Source: Mobula hypostoma (taxonomy: Eukaryota). From it: a DNA stretch of 64,000 bases. Under the pieces are notes generated by a model, which saw nothing but the letters and a program-made list of their open reading frames with translations, made no database searches and was not told where the DNA came from. Below are positions 36,565-50,800 of the stretch, piece after piece. The position numbers and the translations under genes are program-made. Each line of letters begins with the position of its first letter. Within the stretch, counting starts at the first letter, position 1. The stretch covers positions 166,906,001 to 166,970,000 of the forward strand of contig NC_086097.1 in assembly GCF_963921235.1 (NCBI RefSeq). The letters run 5' to 3'.

Positions 36565-37690
36565 ACAGGAGATTCTGCAGATACTGAAAACCCAAAGCAA
36601 CACACACAAAAATCTGGAGGATCTCAGCAGGTTGGGCAGAAATGAATAAACAGTCGACGTTTCAGGAAGAGATCCTTCATCAGGACTGGAAAGGAAGGGG
36701 GAAGATGCCAGAATAAGAAGGTGGAGGGGGAGAGGACATGCTAGTAGGTGATAGGTGAAGCTAGGTGGGTTGGGAAAGGGGGATGAATTAAGAAGCTTGG
36801 AGGTGGTAGGTGGAAAAGGTATAGGACTGGAGAAGAAGAAATCTCAAAGGAGAGGAGTGAGGATGGTGGGAGAAAGGGAAGGAGGAGGGGCACCAGGGGA
36901 GGTGATAGGTGGATGAGGAGAGGGGAAAAGAGGCCAAAATGGGGATTAGGGGAAGAGGGAGGAGAAAATTTCCAGAAGGATAAAGTGCTACCCAGACAGA
37001 ATATGAGGTGTTTCTCCTCAAGCCCGAGGGTGGCCTCATCATGATAGAAGAGGAGTCCATGGACCTACATGTCAGAATGAAAATGGGAAAGGAATTAAAA
37101 TGGTTGGCCTCTGGGAAATTCCACATTTTGCGGATGGATTGGAGGTGCTCGACAAAGTAGTCCCCAATTTATGTCGGATCTCACCAATGTAAAGGAGGCT
37201 GCATTGGGAGCACTGGATACAGTAGATAACCCCAACAAGTTTGCATGTGAAGTTTTAACTCACCTGGAAGGATTGTATGGGGCTATGAATGGAGGTGAGG
37301 GAGGAGATGAATAGACAGGTGTAGCACTCCTGCCTCTTGCAGGGCAAGTGCCAGGAGAGAGATTAGGCGGGTGGGATGTATGGAAGGATATCACTGCAGG
37401 AGTAACCCTGTGGGAAGTGGAGAGTGGGAGAAGGGAGGTAATGATGTTTTTGGTGGTAGGATCCCATTGAAGATGGAGGCCATCGCGGAGAATGATATGT
37501 AGGATGTTGAGGCTCATGGGGTGGGAGGTGAGGACAAGAGGAATTCTATCCTTGTTAAGGTAGCAGGAAGATGGGGTAAGCATTGATATCCAGGAAATGG
37601 AGATGAAGTTGAGGGTAGCATCAATGGTGGACGAAGCGAAACTCTATTCTTTGAAGGAGGACAGCGCTGATATCCTGAAAAGGAAGCTCA
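36565..37690 (-). mobile_element. Older Neptune-like Penelope copy
   Basis: Colinear with 34335-35556 (DRIPLVLT.HP..., GIY-YIG remnant). Hammerhead ctgatga-aggatctcttcct-gaaac-gtc at ~36651-36688. Confidence 0.85.
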
Positions 37691-38677
37691 TTCAAGCTGT
37701 CTTACTGGAAGTTTGATCCAATGGCAACAGATTTTTGGCAAAGTACCAGAGTTTATCATAAATTTATAGCTTATTAATATATTTAATAGAATTTTAGCTC
37801 TGAGTTTCATTTTATAATTATTAATCCCACAAACAATAATAGCCAACATGTTGTGACAAACCACAAAAGTTACTTCTCATTATAAAACTCCAACTGTCCA
37901 GCTCCTTGGTGTTTTTTTTCAATCCTTTCTCCTGTCTCACAAAATGCATTTGATGTCTAATCCTCTAAAGTAACCTGAAATAGTCCATAAAGTGACCAAC
38001 TTATACAGTGATGCTTAATTCTTCGTGAAGTTAGCACAGAACAAAACCTTTGCTTCTGGCATTTCTGTCATTCCCACTGAGTTGCCATCATTTTGAATTA
38101 AAAACATTCTAACCATTTATTCCAGTTCAGTTTTGGTTCAATCATGTTGCAATTGATCCAAGCCCCAAGTGGTGAAGGTTTCCACAGCCAGTTCTAACTC
38201 AGCCAAACTAATCACACAGAACAAAGCAAGACATGAGCTGCTGGAACCATGCGGCAAATCCATCATCGCTTGAAAGTGAAATAGCAGCTTAAGTTTCAGA
38301 TGGCGCCTCTTTGTTGTAAGGTTAACATCTCCGTTCAGGAACTGATGGACTTCCTGAGCGCTCCATCACTTTCTGTTTCAGGCTGAAAGTTGTTGAATCC
38401 TGAACATTTCATGTGGAAAAAAAGTATTCATTGGCACATGACGCAAGTAATCATTAGAGTTATCATTGTAACTACAATTTAATAATTAATTGTTGCTGAA
38501 ATAAAGAGTAAAATGCTGTTCCATTATATAACCCAGAATCATTTTTTTCTTTTTGTTTGCTGTTTATGTTGAGAAATACTGGTGCTAGAGTAAGGAATTC
38601 TACAATTCCGGCACCCAGTTTTTCAACTGAGCAATATCTAGTGAGGAATACTACACCCAGAGGTACAGTAGCCTTGG

Positions 38678-39010
38678 GACCATAAGACTTAGGAGCAAAA
38701 TTAGGCTATTTGGCCCGTTCAGTCTGCTCTACCATTCAATCATGTATGATTATTTTTCTTCAATCCTACTTTCCTGCCCTTTCCCTGTAAATCGTTAACC
38801 CTTTACCATTCAACAACCTACGAATCTCCACTTTAAATACAACCCAATAACTGGGTCTGCACAGCTGTCTGTGGCAACAAATTCCACAGATTCACCATCC
38901 TGTGGCTGAAGAAAATTCCTCATCACAGTTTTAAAGGGAAATCTTTTTATTCTGAGCCTGTGCCCTCAGATCCTTGACCCTCCCACTAACAGAAACCTCC
39001 TCTCCACGCT
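38678..39010 (-). mobile_element. CR1-like 3' fragment
   Basis: gaccataagac tail and aattccacagattcacc (VVNLWN on minus). Confidence 0.8.
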
Positions 39011-39479
39011 CGTGCAATTCGTAACTATCTTTTCCAACTCCAATCATAGAAGAACATTCTGCACAATCATCTTGAGCTTTATATTTTCCAAATGACATAC
39101 CAACTGCCCAGTAGCCTGTGAATTCAGCAACTACAGCGAAAAGAGAGAAACTTTTATGCCGCGCCACTTCAGAATATGAACCTACCTAATACATTGCCAG
39201 ATAATTCATATCCAGCACTCTGGGTCTGAAACTGAACCCAGGTCACTGAAGTAAGGAGCCAGTGTCTAACACAGTATAAACAATTAATTTCCATCACTGA
39301 AGCAATCGGCTTGTGTTCACCATGCTTCAGACCAGAGCTAAATGGAACCAACCTTGAAGTTCTGTTGTGCAGCAAAATGTGTTTCTGTGCCCTGCAATAC
39401 ACTTTGTGCAGAACATAACTGTGAAACAAATACTTAGCCTATCAGCACAACACGTCAGTGCTGATCAAATTCTTTGGTG

Positions 39480-40940
39480 CTAATATATCAGGCAATCTGC
39501 CCTGGGCCCAGCACATGTGTCATCACAAAAAAGGCACCTCAACTTTCTTCAAAGTTTGCATAGATTCAGCAGGTAACCAAAACCTTTGATTCATAGTGGA
39601 GAATATCCTAACTGATTACATCACTGCCTGGCATGCAAACACCAATGATCGAGAATGGAAAAAGCTACAGAAAGTGGTGAAGACAGCGCAGTGAATCACA
39701 AGCAAAGCCTTACCCACCACTAAACACATTTACATGGAGCACTGCCACAAGAAAGCAGCATCCATCATTGAAGACTCCCACCATCAGAGACCCCCACCAT
39801 CTAGGTCATACCATCTTTTTGCTACTACCATCAGGCAGGAGCTACAGAAGCTTTAGCTCTCTCATAACCAGGTTCAGAAACAGTTGTTACGCTACAACCA
39901 TCAGACTCCTGAACCAGCATGGCTAACTTCAATCACTCTATTCTGAACGGTTCTATTGCCTACAGACTGAGTTTCAAGGAATTCCGTACAACTCATTGGG
40001 CTGTGTACTCAGTCAGCTGCTGGTCATGCTGCAGATCCACAACTGTTCTACTAGATCCCATTTCAAACCAAATTATCAACTTCACTCTTGAGAGAACATT
40101 GGTTGGCCTCATCAACAACAATAACAAGATAGTATACAAACAGGAGTTAGAGTGGCTGGTAGAATATTGTGACTCTCAACATGAACCAGACTAAAGAGAT
40201 GATTGTGGACTTTATGAAGGTACAGGCTGACCACTTCTCACAGCACATAACCAGCATCTCTGTGGAGAGAGTTAGCAGCACCAAGTTCCTGAGAGTGCAC
40301 ACAAAAGACGATCTCAGCAGCTCCCTCAACACCACCTCTTTAGCCAAGAAAGCACAACAGCATCTCCATTTCCTGAGCAGTTTGAGGCAAGCGAGGCTTC
40401 CCCCTCCCCCCACCATTCTAACCCATTTTTACAGGATCACTATCCACAGTACCACCGATGCGGCAGAGAGGGCCTCAAGATGGCTGTGGCTCAGAAGAGG
40501 GGAGCCATGGAGTCATAAGTAGCTAGCCATCTGGACACAAGCTGGGGTCTGATCAGCCCCGGCTGGGTCACCTGGAGGAGGGTGTATGATGTTGAAAGAC
40601 CCGAAACACCCGATGATTCCAGGACCATCACTGAAGATGTGTCCAGAAGAATCAGTAGATGTATGTACACAGCAAGAGTGTTCTGACCAGCTACATCACC
40701 GTCTGGTAAGGGAGTTGCAAGGCATCCGACGCAGGACATTAAAAAGGATTGTGAGAACTGTTGAGAGGATCATCCGGGTCTCTTTCAGAAATCTAAGGTA
40801 TCTATCAGGAGTGTTGGATATGCAAGGCACTTAGCATGGTCTATAATCCCTCCCATCTACCCAACAATCTCTTTGACCCCCTACCATCAGTCAGGAGGTA
40901 CTGTAGCATGAGAACAAGGACTGTTAGGATGGGAAACAGC
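39480..40940 (+). mobile_element. Two or more Rex1/Babar-like fragments
   Basis: TKEMIVDF, VERVSSTKFLRV, KKAQQHLHFL..LR and LPS.RRY motifs; an unrelated ~230-bp piece at ~40460-40690. Confidence 0.8.
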
Positions 40941-41711
40941 CTCGATACAGACTGTCCCCAGGTAAGAATAGCTTCTGTTTTGACAAACATCTTTAAATCA
41001 ATTTTGTGTACAAGTCAGAAAACACACAAAAATGATTTGGTATGGTAACTGTACTTTTAATGAATAGAATCATAAACAAATACGTCTGATAAAAAAAGAA
41101 TATGTCAGACTTTTGAGTTTAATAGTATTATGGGAGCTAATGACATGCAAGGGTGTCCAAAGTCAGACATTCAAAACCTGGGGACAGCCTGTACACTTTT
41201 CATATGCATTGCAATGTCTTGCTGACTTCACTTTGACACCAGTTCCCCAGCACAATACACACCTTCACATGTATAAAAGCCTACTAATGGTGGATGAATC
41301 CACTGGACTGGTTTGATCGCAAGGCAAAAAAAATTTACAGTGGAACAGTGCAAGAGAATGTCAATACTTTTACTGGTGACATCACATTGTTATTATATTG
41401 ATGATTTAATGAAGAGTTTCTAGCAAGTAAAGCACAGGCCATTTCATACCCATGACCTTGGAATGATACCCTCCTTTGTAAGAACACATGCCAAGCACGA
41501 CAAATAATAGTGTTCCCATTACCATACAGCAAACAGCTTTCAATTGGCACTACCTTTGACTTCTGTGCACAGCTTGGGCTCCTTAACCCTCTCTGTATCT
41601 CCATTTTTATCTGGGATTCTATCCTAGTGTGGCAGGAGGAGGGTTTGTAATGTGTCCTCCACTAACAGATGTAACTCAGAGGGCAACACCACCCTCTTAG
41701 CACGGTTTACA

Positions 41712-42005
41712 GAGTCATAGAGTACTACAGGACAAAAAGGCTCTTTGGCTCATCTGTTCTATGCTGACCTGATCTTCTGTCGAGTCCCACCTACCTGCAC
41801 CAGAGCAGATTCCTCCAAACCCCTTTCATACATGTACCTATCTAAACTTCTCTTAAAATTTATTATTGAACCCACATCTAACACTTCTGCTGACAGCTCG
41901 TTCCACACTTGTAACACTCTCTGAATGAGGAAGTTTCTCCTGAGATGCCTCTTGAATATTTCACATTCACCCTGAGCCTATGACTTTCTCACCCAACCTG
42001 AGGAG
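41712..42005 (-). mobile_element. CR1-like 3' fragment
   Basis: agagtcatagag tail and gttccacact...gaggaagtttc (NFLIQRV..VWN on minus). Confidence 0.75.
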
Positions 42006-42959
42006 AAATCCTTTCTAAAACATTGTTCTAAAGCACGGGTCAGATGAGTTATTTGCATGTTAGTACAAACTCAGTGACAGAGATCATCATAATTCCCCAT
42101 TTGGAGATGACTGAAATATGGAGCAGGGTGCTAGCCATTATCCCTTGGTTATATCAAGTATCCCCCATCGCACCAAGTCCTACATTACAGCAGTGACCAC
42201 ATTAACCTCCAGTCATCCCAATAAAAACAATCCAGTCATTATTGCATTACTGATGGGAGCCATACCAACTGCAATACAACAGGGAATATACTTCAAAATT
42301 TTTTTATTGGTTGTAAAGTGCTTTGGGACATTTCTAGGTTGTACACAGTGCAAGTCTTTATTACGCCATCATTTTGAAGAAAAATCACCTTAACTACAAC
42401 ACAGATCTTTTCCTTGGGGAAGTAACTTGCTTGGCAGTTCAATCAATCTCAGGCAGGTGATGGGAAGTGATTTAAATCATAATCACAACATTGAAGTTGA
42501 TCGCTGCTGAACAAGCACTTCCAATAAATGTTCAGCTTACAGGAACACAAGAGAAAAGCCTAGATGTGTGTGGTAGTGGGGAGGTTCATCAAGAGAAGGA
42601 AAATTACTCCTGTGCAGTCAAGATCCTCTGAATTTTTATGCTGTTGGGAATTTGTGTTTAGTTGGACTTTTCTCCCCATAAACGTGGGCACCATGCACGC
42701 TCAATGAATTTGCAGGCAGCCTTTGTGAATGGGAAGCTGATCTTAAAAGTCGCTTTTACAGATACCATACTGACTGCTAAAGGATTTACAATGTAACTAG
42801 TATCTGAAAAGCACAGTTTCCATTGAGCGGTCTTCCCTTGTTTATAAGCGAGTTTTCAAACTGTCCGCTCTCTGATTTCCTTTTCTGACAGTCGTTAGCT
42901 TGTGGTTTTCTAGATGTTAAACCGAAAACCATGTGCTTGGAACCACATACAATGAAACC

Positions 42960-43210
42960 CAATCTTGGCTGAGTTGGTAACACCTTACCTTCTGCCTCAA
43001 TGAAACTTAAGTTTGACTCCAGTCTATTTTTAAGTTCAAAATTTGGCTGACACTCCAGTTCAAAACAATAGGAGTGCTGCAGTATTTGAGATAATTTGGA
43101 TGAAACGTTAGATCAGGGCCTGTCAGGAAGTTTCCATGATGCAACTTCGAACAGCAAGGTAGATGTCTGCATTTACCAAGCTGATATTTAACTCAGTCAA
43201 CATCATTATG
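42960..43210 (+). mobile_element. Ancient Deu-domain-like SINE remnant
   Basis: ggctgacactccagt...ggagtgctgcagt...ggatgaaacgttagatcagggcctgtc resembles the DeuSINE core as I recall it. Related reverse remnants at ~60-190, ~2140-2340 and ~56590-56810. Confidence 0.5.
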
Positions 43211-44732
43211 CACAGAAATACAATCAGAAAATGCTAGAAATGCTCAGCAAACGTATTCCTCTGTGAGAGTAAGTTGCTTTAAGGAGGATATGAAGGATAT
43301 TCTTTTTAATGGAGAGAAAGGTCGACATCAGGAACATGCTGCCAGTCAGGTTGGGGGAATCAGATGCAATCGTAATGTTTAAGAGGCACTTAGACAGATA
43401 TTCAAAATAGGCTAGGCATAAAAGTATATGAAGGCACATAAGAAGGCAAATGCTAGAATCTGGAGTGGAAAACAAATTGCTGGAAGAACTCTGCAAATCA
43501 AGCAGCATCTGTGTTTGGAAGTGTGCAGTTCACATTTCAGATCAAGGAAGGCATCTGAACTAAAGAGAGCAGAGGAGATAGCCAGCATAAAGAGGCAAGT
43601 AAATGATTTTTTTTCTTGAAAATGTATGGAATAATTTGCTTCAGGTTCATTTAAAGCCAGTTTACTATCGCACTTGAAAAACCAGTATAGGGGTTAGTGG
43701 GAGGAGAGGGACAAGAGCACATAATGACAGGAGGGTTTAATTGGCAGAAGGAGTCACATGGGCGAGGATCCTAATGCTGGAAATTGGGATCAGTACAGAT
43801 GGACAAAAGGTGGGCATGGACATTTCAGTGTTACACAGTTCCATTATTCCAGGATTGGTGATAAATTTCTAAGCCAGAATAGTCTATGTTTTGGGGGGAA
43901 TCTTACAGTTGGAGCTGTCCCCTAACAAAATACTTAGCTCTGGACAAACAATCTTCACGAAACTTGACCCATGGATTAAATTCTGCTTTGATCTACCTGA
44001 GGTCTGGGGCTTTGACGCTCTTTCCAGATCAGGATTTCAAGTTAGAATGAGGTGCTTAAAATCTGACATATTCTGGCATACATTTCATTTCCTCTAAGTC
44101 CCTCCTTTGGAAAGTAGCCCAGAAATCGTATACAAGGGGATCTCTGCAGAATGGATTGCAGTTGTGCTGATCTGGCTTGTTGCATTTCCCAAAGTACTGT
44201 TTGACAGAATTATTTAATTGTAATCATATTATGATAAACTAATTCCTTGAATTTTACTTGGAGCCATAATGTTCCCAATGGTATACATTTGTAAATACAA
44301 TGTATGATACAATGGCATTGCCAACAGCTGCTTCCTTCAGGATGTTGCATTGATTTTAAATATAAAATGCAGCTTTAAGTTTTAAGAAAGTTCTCAAAAA
44401 AAATTCACACTGTGTGAGCATATCACCAGGTGCGCTAGAGCTTCACGACTCTGTCACCTAAATCGAGAGAAGGATTGAAATTGAGATGGGAGTGGGGACT
44501 AAGAACAGATGGGAAAGCAACTGAGAAAAATCCACAGGAGATTCCAATTAGAGCACACAGTCTTAGTAAACCTACCCAGAAAATATCCCGACCCTACATC
44601 AATAGTGTGCAGACACTCCACAGCTCCAAGTGAAAAGTGTGCAAGGATCATGCACTAATGAGTTTGCTAATATGGTATTAAAAATATTCTCTGCATGTGA
44701 GTAAATAAAGTAAATCATATCAATACTGCACA

Positions 44733-45952
44733 AATGCATGAGATTCTGCAGATGTTGGATATCTTGAGCAACACACATAAAATGCTGAAGGAACTCAGCA
44801 AGTTGGGTAGCATCAATGGAGGGGAATAAACAGTCGACGTTTCAGACCAAGGCCCATCATCAGGACTGGAAAGGAAGGGGGACAGAAGCCAGAATAAGTA
44901 AGTAGGGGGAGGGGAAGGAGGACGAGATGGAAGGTGATAGATTAGACCAGGTAAGGGTGGGTGGAGGAGTGGAATGTGTGACAGTTATCCCTACAAGTGT
45001 GACAAGTACTACACTTGCACCTACACCTCCTCCCTCAATGTCTTACAGAACCCCAAACAGTCCTTTCAGGTGAGGCGACGCTTCACCAGAGAGTCTGCTG
45101 GGGTCATCTATTGTACTCAGTGCTACTGGTGTGGCCTACTCTACATTGGAGGCAGGTTTGTCGAGCACTTTGGTTCCGTCTGCTGCAAAAGGCAGAATCA
45201 CCTGGTGGCTGTTCATTTCAATTTGACTTCCCACTCCCATTTCAAAATGTCTCTGCCACAGGAAACAGTTGAGACCAGTTCATTGGCTATATTTAAGAGG
45301 GAGTTAGATATGGCCCTTGTGGCTAAAGGGATCAGGGGGTATGGAGGGAAGGCTGGTACAGGGTTCTGAGTTGGATGATCAGCCATGATCATACTGAATG
45401 GCGGTGCAGGCTCGAAGGGCCGAATGGCCTACTCCTGCACCTATTTTCTATGTTTCTATGTCTGTCCATGGCCTCCTTGACTGCCAAGATAAGATCAAAT
45501 TGAGGTTGAAGAAGTGACACCTCATATTCTGTCTGGGGAGCTTCCAACAAAAATTTCTCAAACTTCCTGTAATTACTACCCCTTCTCCCTTCTTCTATTC
45601 CCTTTTCTAATTACCTCCCACCCTTTCTTTTCCCCTAACCTGCCTATCATTCCCCTTTGGTTCCCTTCCTTCCTCCCTTGATTCTATGTTCCAATATCTT
45701 CTCATATTAGGTTCCTTCTGCTTCAGCCCTTTACCTCTTCCATCTATCACTTCCCAGCTTCTTACTTCATCCACCTCCCCCACCTGGCCATCTTCCAACT
45801 TGTACTCCTTTCCTTCCCACACCTTCTTATTCTGGCTTCTGCCCCCTTCCTGTCCAGCCCTGATGAAGGGTCTCTGCCTGAAACAGTGATTGCTTATTCC
45901 TCTCCATAGATGCTGCCTGACTTGCTGAGTTCCTCCAGCATTTTGTGTGTTT
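44733..45952. mobile_element. Fold-back Neptune-like Penelope copy (minus 3' end at ~44733-44975; plus GIY-YIG and 3' region at ~44980-45952)
   Basis: PKQSFQVRRRFTRESAGVIYCTQC..CGLLYIG; hammerhead relics at ~44832-44868 (-) and ~45856-45890 (+). Confidence 0.85.
45253..45460 (+). mobile_element. Apparently young CR1-like 3' fragment nested in the Penelope copy
   Basis: LPQETVETSSLAIFKRELD...GIRGYG; ctcgaagggccgaatggcctactcctgcacctattttctatgtttctatg tail with CpGs retained; atgtct repeated at 45247-52 and 45458-63. Confidence 0.88.
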
Positions 45953-46000
45953 TGCCTCTATCAGTAATTTCTCCAGTTGGTTCCTCAAGGCTGTTTATCA

Positions 46001-46390
46001 CCAGGGGTGATAGTGGGGATAAACTTCCACTACCTATTAAAAGCTCCCAATAGTGTGCGTCACAAGTAGCCTCTGACAACCAAGTCCAGCTTTGGGCCGT
46101 CATGTGTGGCTTAGCTACTAAGCCCAGTGACACCGCTTTTACTGACAGGAGACGGGCCAAAGTCAGGCTACTGTCACCGAGTTCAACGCTGACTAACAAC
46201 TCCTGCGATGCTGCTGGTGCCAAACTGTATCCATCTTGGCCGTTCCTTTGGATTCATCAGCTGTGTGAACTTGCTTATAGGCAACAGCTTGTTTTCCATA
46301 TCGTACTGCCCTGACTTATGCACTGGCATGTGTATCATGTAGACAACTGGGACACAACATCCATGGTTGCGCCCAACCCATGGAGGGCCT
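46001..46390 (+). repeat. Interspersed repeat, probably RTE-type 5' region (internally deleted copy)
   Basis: Colinear with 52617-53140 (tagcctctgacaaccaa..., cttagcta.taagcccagtg, gagttcaa.gctgact). Confidence 0.7.
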
Positions 46391-46738
46391 CTAAAGTAAT
46401 GACTCCATGTGCTTTCTTTTGCATTTCTAACTAACATATGTAGAAATGTTAAAATGTATGCTCCGTCTGTCTTTCCTATCAGATTCTATCATCTGCTGTC
46501 CTTTGCTACCTCCATCCATCACCTCTCAGACCCTTCTGCTAATTCCAGCCCTTTCTCCTCCATCAGCCAATTATCACTCCTCATCTGGACTCACCTATTG
46601 CATACTAGCTCTTGTGCAGCCCTTCTCCTCACCACCTATCTACCCTCTATCCTTTGATAGTGGATCTAGATCCAAATCGGCATCTGTCCATTTACCTCTA
46701 CAGATGCTGCCTGACAAATTGTGCTCCTTGAACAGATT

Positions 46739-46924
46739 CGCAAACAAGAGAAAATCTGCAGATGCTGGAAATCCAAGCAACACACACAAACTGCTGGAGG
46801 AACTCAGCAGGCCAGGCAGCATCAATGGAAAAGATGTTTCAGAAGGACCTTCGCTTGAAATGACGACTGCTTACTCTTTTCCATAGATGCTGCCTGACCT
46901 GCTGAGTTCTTCCAGCATTTTGTG
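46739..46924. mobile_element. Short fold-back Penelope-like insertion
   Basis: Left arm is the minus-strand 3' end and the right arm is its inverted partial copy. TSD tgtgctccttgaacagatt at 46720-46738 and 46925-46943. Confidence 0.88.
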
Positions 46925-47049
46925 TGTGCTCCTTGAACAGATTGTCTTTTTCCTTAAAATATAGACATTCTGTCTCACAGGTCCATGAAAACACCAACTT
47001 CTATACTGGACATTTTGCTGTGCTTTTCAGTCTGTGTGGCATTCAAAAG

Positions 47050-47880
47050 GCAGAGTTTCAAGAAGGGTGTATCCATCGTTAAGGACCTTCATCACCCGGG
47101 GTTTGCCCTCTTCTCATCCCTACCATCAGGAGGTGGTACAGGAAGCTGAACACTTGCACTGAACTTTTCAGGAACAGCTTCTTAAGCCCCACCGTCAGAC
47201 TTCTGGATGGTCCAAGAACACCAGCTCAACATTCCTCTTTTGATCGCTCTCTAATTATTGTAACTTGTAATAATTACAAAACAGCAAATTTAGTGACATA
47301 TCTGTGAATGGGAGCAAATTCACATGACCTAATTTTTCATAATCTACCATCAATTAAGATTGGTAGATTTGTGGATATCTGAGGAATGAGGATAGGGGTA
47401 TGGGTATAGGGGGATAGAATAGATCAGCATGAAAGAGTTGAATAACAGAGCGGGTACAAAGGGCTGAATGGCCTATTTCTCCTCTTATGAGGGGAGACCT
47501 GATACAAGTTTATAAAATTATGAGAGGCATAGATAGGATAGACAGTCAGAATCTTTTTTCCAGAGCAGAAATGTCTGAAAACTGGAGCCATAGCTTTAAG
47601 GCATAAGAGAGAAAATTGAAAGATGTGTGGGGCAATTTTCCTTTCACACAGTATGTGATAGGTGCCTGGAACTGCCTTCCAGCAGTAGTAGTGGAGGCAG
47701 ATACAAATGTGACGTTCAAGAAGGTTTCAGATGGGTGCATAAATATATGGACGGAAGGATACACATCATATGTAGGCAGAAGGGACAAGGTTAAATTGGC
47801 ATCATGGCCAGTCAGAACATGATGGGCCAAAGGACTTGTTCCCTTGCTGTACTGATTTACTGTATGTTCTATTTCTTGTG
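47050..47880 (+). mobile_element. Adjacent Rex-like (~47050-47300) and CR1-like (~47350-47880) 3' fragments
   Basis: KDLHHPG/LPSG.. motifs, then RGDLIQVYKIMRGID and NFPFTQYVIGAWNCLP. Confidence 0.75.
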
Positions 47881-50800
47881 CTTTGAGAATTTATGTAGCA
47901 GGAAGAAAGAAGATCAGCTTCTAGTTGCTAGATCTTTCAACATGGTTGCACAGCTTACATTGCTGCTGTTCAAGTATTTTGTCTGTTCATTGTCAGTAGG
48001 TAGAAGCAAGGGTAGGAGGGTATTTAGTGTGAGCTCTGAGGTGTATGGGTCAGTAACTCTCAGTTCTCTGGTGATAATATCACTCTCTATTTGTACCTGT
48101 GCTTTTGCCAGGACAGCTGCTCGGGACAAAAATAGAAATGAATTTCTGGGAATGCTTTGGATGTCTGTCAGAAAGGTGAGTGATAAAAGCATTTCAAGTG
48201 CTATATGTTGCAAGTGAAGTATACAGAAACAATTAGCCTAAAAGCAAGAGCAAAATAGACCATGATAGGAAAGGGAAAGAAAACAAGAGAATGGGTGCAA
48301 TTTTCAATCTGCGTTGTATTTTTCTGAACTGAAGGCAGGATGCACTAGAACCTTAATTAAATGTGATCGGTAGGCAAACTGACAGATAGGATAGGAAAAG
48401 GTATTTTTGAATTAATGATATAAACCATACATTCCTTATCGGGGAAATTGGATAAGCTGTCATTATTAAGACAATTATAAATATAACCAGTATTTTTCTG
48501 ATCTTATGTGAGATCATTTTGGCAGTAGAAACACAGCCATAGGGAGCAAAGTATCCAGCATTTCTAGCTGTTAATATCTCACCAGTTTGGAAGTTACCTA
48601 AGGTATCAACTAGGTAAGATGGTTGACACCAAGTGTCAAGTTGCTCTGGTCATTGTGGTGTGGGGTAGGTCCTTGGTGCATGGCACAGTGATATTGTTGG
48701 TAGTACAGCCATCTCTCAGCTCCAGCAACTCATGTCAGTCCCGTTCACTGGTGCTGTCTCTGAGGAGTTTTCACATTCTCTCTGTAACCGCAGACATCTG
48801 CCTCTAGTGCAGCAGCATCGGTCCACATCCCAAAGGCACGCAAATTGCTAGGCTAATTGTACAGTACATTTCCCTAATGTGTGTCAGAATATGGGGGCTG
48901 AGGGCAATTGATGTGAATGGGGAAGAATAAAATAGGATTAGTGAATGGTTGATTGTCAGCATGGAATGGGGGCATGGGATTTGTTTGCACGATGAATCTA
49001 TGATGATGGCTCTGTGATCTTTTTCACTGAAAGCCATGTACTCAATCATATGTCTCATGCAGATCTGCTAATATAATTCAGAATGTCCATTAGCTAAAAA
49101 CGTATGTAATCTAAAAGATTTTAACGGGTCCAATGGAAGTATATGTATGGGGGTATGAGTTCAAGAGCCACTACTCAGATGGAAAATTTAAACTCAGTTT
49201 ATTAAGAAGCTAATAAAAAAAATGAGTATTAGTGATGATACTGTTGGGAAAATCCATCCAATCCTGTGTTCTTTGGAGAAGGATATTTACCACTTATCCA
49301 GTTCAGACTATATAAGACTCCATATTTTCAGGAATGTAGCCATCCTCTGAAATGACCAGAAAGATCCCCAGTTCGAGGATAGTCGTGGATGTGTGATAAA
49401 GAATAGTCCTAACAGTGATGGCTAGATTCTGCGAAGGGATAGTGAAGGTTGGATTCTTATCAAAAACAGAAACTTTTCTGGGGTCTTTCTCCAACAGCAA
49501 AGGAGGTTGTCAAACTTAAGACTGTGACACACTATGGGCCTACCACAGCCATTTGATACATTGATAAGGCAATTTCCCCAAGGGACCAGGTGGTGAGATT
49601 TAAACCAGCTAGTCCATATGTTATCCTACAGGAGAGAAACATGAGGAATGGATAAAATCTCGGCAGGTGGAGATTCATCACTTTGGTGTCTCCTCAGGTT
49701 ATAATCACTTTCCTTAGGAAAGCAAAGCAGAAGTTTCTCCACATCAGTTAGTTAAGGACAATATGTACAAATTCTGGAAGCAATACTGACAATAGCTTCA
49801 ATCTATTTAAATAATTTCTTATTTCAAACTCTATTCCGTATTCTCAGATGCTGATCCTAACTAAACTTAACAAATGGTTAGAATATATCAGTGAAGATTT
49901 TTTTGGGAATGTAATTTGTTAATAGGTTTCAATAGGTACATTTAATGTCAGAGAAATGTGTGTCTGAAATTCTTTTTCTTCGCAAACATCCAGGAAAACA
50001 AAGCAGTGCCCCAAAGAATGAATGACAGTTAAATGTTAGAACCCCAAAGACTTCCCAGCTCCCCGCACCCACGTATAAATAGAAGCAAAGCAATGACCCC
50101 CCTCCCCCACCAGCAAAAAAGCATTGGCACCTCCCACCAAGTACTCAAGCGTCAATAAAGCGTCAATAAAGGCACAGACTTGCAGTACCCCAAAGACTAT
50201 TCGTTCACCCGGTAATTTGACATACCACAGGCTCTCTCTCTAATAAGGGAAAAAGAGGTGTCCCTGTAATAAAGGTTATCTAACAGTTCCTCAATGTTTA
50301 AGTATTGTTGAAAGGATGCAAAGGTTAGTAACCAATTATTGATCCATAAAATTATGAATTCAGAATAACTCCTCTGCTAAGAAAATTATTCTTTTAACAG
50401 CTGCAGGGAGACTTGAGAAATTGGATCTTATTCTACACAGAACCAAGTCAGAGGGAGTAGTGTTGTACAAAGTAGCTGTGTTGTTCATTCAGCCATTTAG
50501 TACTGTAAATCTCCTATGGATATGAGGAGGAGGAAGTCAATGTCAAGGACAGCATTAGCTACTACCATTAATCATAAATCATACTTCAAAATAAGTGCCA
50601 TTTGAACTATGTATATGACTAGTACCATGAAACTTGTGATTTCAATTGACCAGATCACACAATCTCTTGGCTGTACCGAGTTTCTATCTACTTGCAAGTC
50701 ATATTCTGACCCCAGGAATAATTCTTTGGCATGGGAAGCTAAGATTAGAAGGTACGTGGTTAAATTTAGAATCCAATAGATTGTTGAAAGAACAAAACAG

